A stretch of DNA of 63,363 nt, filler included, from Octopus bimaculoides (lineage: Eukaryota): assembly GCF_001194135.2 (NCBI RefSeq). It is 10 parts of 9 records of this genome, joined end to end, with 100 filler letters (N's around TTAATTAATTAA, not from the genome) between each part and the next. Parts side by side here need not be neighbours in the genome. Positions count along the whole stretch, not along the records: positions 61,069 to 63,363 come from NW_026338256.1; 9 more parts are not named here. One strand, written 5' to 3'. Both the position numbers and the translations under genes were made by a program. Below, piece after piece: positions 62,510-63,363 of the stretch. Each line of letters starts with the position of its first letter. Positions within the stretch are counted from its first letter, which is position 1. The notes below the pieces were generated by a model. It made no database searches, had not been told where the DNA came from, and saw only the letters and a program-made list of their open reading frames with translations.

Positions 62510-62689
62510 CTGAAAAGACGAGATAATGATGCCATTCAAGGATTTCCCAAAAACTGACATTTAGAAAAGGGACAGACTTATTTATTGTGTGGGGATAAGA
62601 GAAGGATCGTGGACACGTGTTTCTGGCTGAATAACCGTCATCGGCTCGACAGCTGTCCGACTTTGTCTCCAGTGGCCAAAGGATATAGA
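62510..62689 (-). CDS. Candidate 180-nt exon (phase 1-1), not in the ORF track because it lacks a start codon
   Basis: Open frame YILWPLETKSDSCRADDGYSARNTCPRSFSYPHTINKSVPFLNVSFWEILEWHHYLVFS. Pyrimidine tract with an AAG acceptor, donor CAG|GTGGGG. Confidence 0.3.
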
Positions 62690-62879
62690 CTTATACAAAA
62701 CAGAGCATAAAACAGTTATGGCTTCTGCAGTTTGCCTAATTGAAACACGCACGCACGCACGCGCGCACAGCCACACACAGTCATACACACATACTGAGAT
62801 ACACACACACACAATGTCTTCGTGGATTGTTAAAGAATCGGAATGAGTTACTAATGTCCCAAAACGGGCTTGAAACTTG

Positions 62880-63363
62880 CCCAGCTGATAACCACCACTG
62901 CTACTACTGCAACCACCACCACCATCTACCCAGTATTTTCTTTTGGCTATTTTCCTTGTTATCTTCTTGTTCGTTTTCTCTTCCTTTTCACTTTTTTTCT
63001 TTTGTCTCTTCCCCCTCCTCGTCCACCACCTTAGCTATAACCACGGTTATTACAACGAGGCCGACTATCGCCAACAACAGTAATACAAGCATCTTCGACA
63101 CCACTATCATCGATATCATCATCATCATCATGACCACGACCATCATTGCAACAGCCACCATCACCGACAGTAAACCATCACCACAACAATGTAGCCACTA
63201 TGACAACCACCAATACCACCACCACAGCCACCACCACCACCATCACCACCACTACTACCATCATTATGACGTCAACGACGAAGACTACCACGCCACTACA
63301 CCACCACCACCACTGCCACTACTACCACAAACAACAACAGTCATCACCACCGCCACCACCACC
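62880..63363. repeat. CT-rich and (CAC/CAT/CTA)n low-complexity tract
   Basis: Directly visible. Confidence 0.9.

Overview
AT-rich, intron/intergenic-type animal DNA dominated by microsatellites (CA, AT, GA, ATCT, CAT, CTA, CAA, TAA) and transposon remnants. The tRNA-derived SINE and RTE tail families are ones I recognise from octopus genomes, so the taxon is an inference. The window is a draft assembly: many N gaps, plus nine 100-nt joins (44 N + TTAATTAATTAA + 44 N), so adjacency across those joins is not guaranteed. No complete host gene is visible. Two well-supported minus-strand exons (31436-31640, 31145-31314) are separated by a 121-nt GT-AG intron and encode an unidentified protein; several weaker minus-strand exon candidates exist. 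Mobile elements include three SINE architectures, RTE, L1/Tx1 and R4/Dong-type LINE ends, four Tc1/mariner relics, a pogo/Tigger fragment, a hAT MITE and several fold-back elements. The most unusual locus is 11.0-13.6 kb. It is a ~331-bp, hairpin-rich repeat present in tandem and inverted copies, carrying a hammerhead-ribozyme-like core (CTGATGA...GAAAC...GTC), i.e. retrozyme-like. An ORF1-only (HAL1-like) L1/Tx1 element of ~1.6 kb appears to have inserted into that core with an imperfect ~23-nt target-site duplication. Nearly all listed ORFs are microsatellite or gap artefacts.
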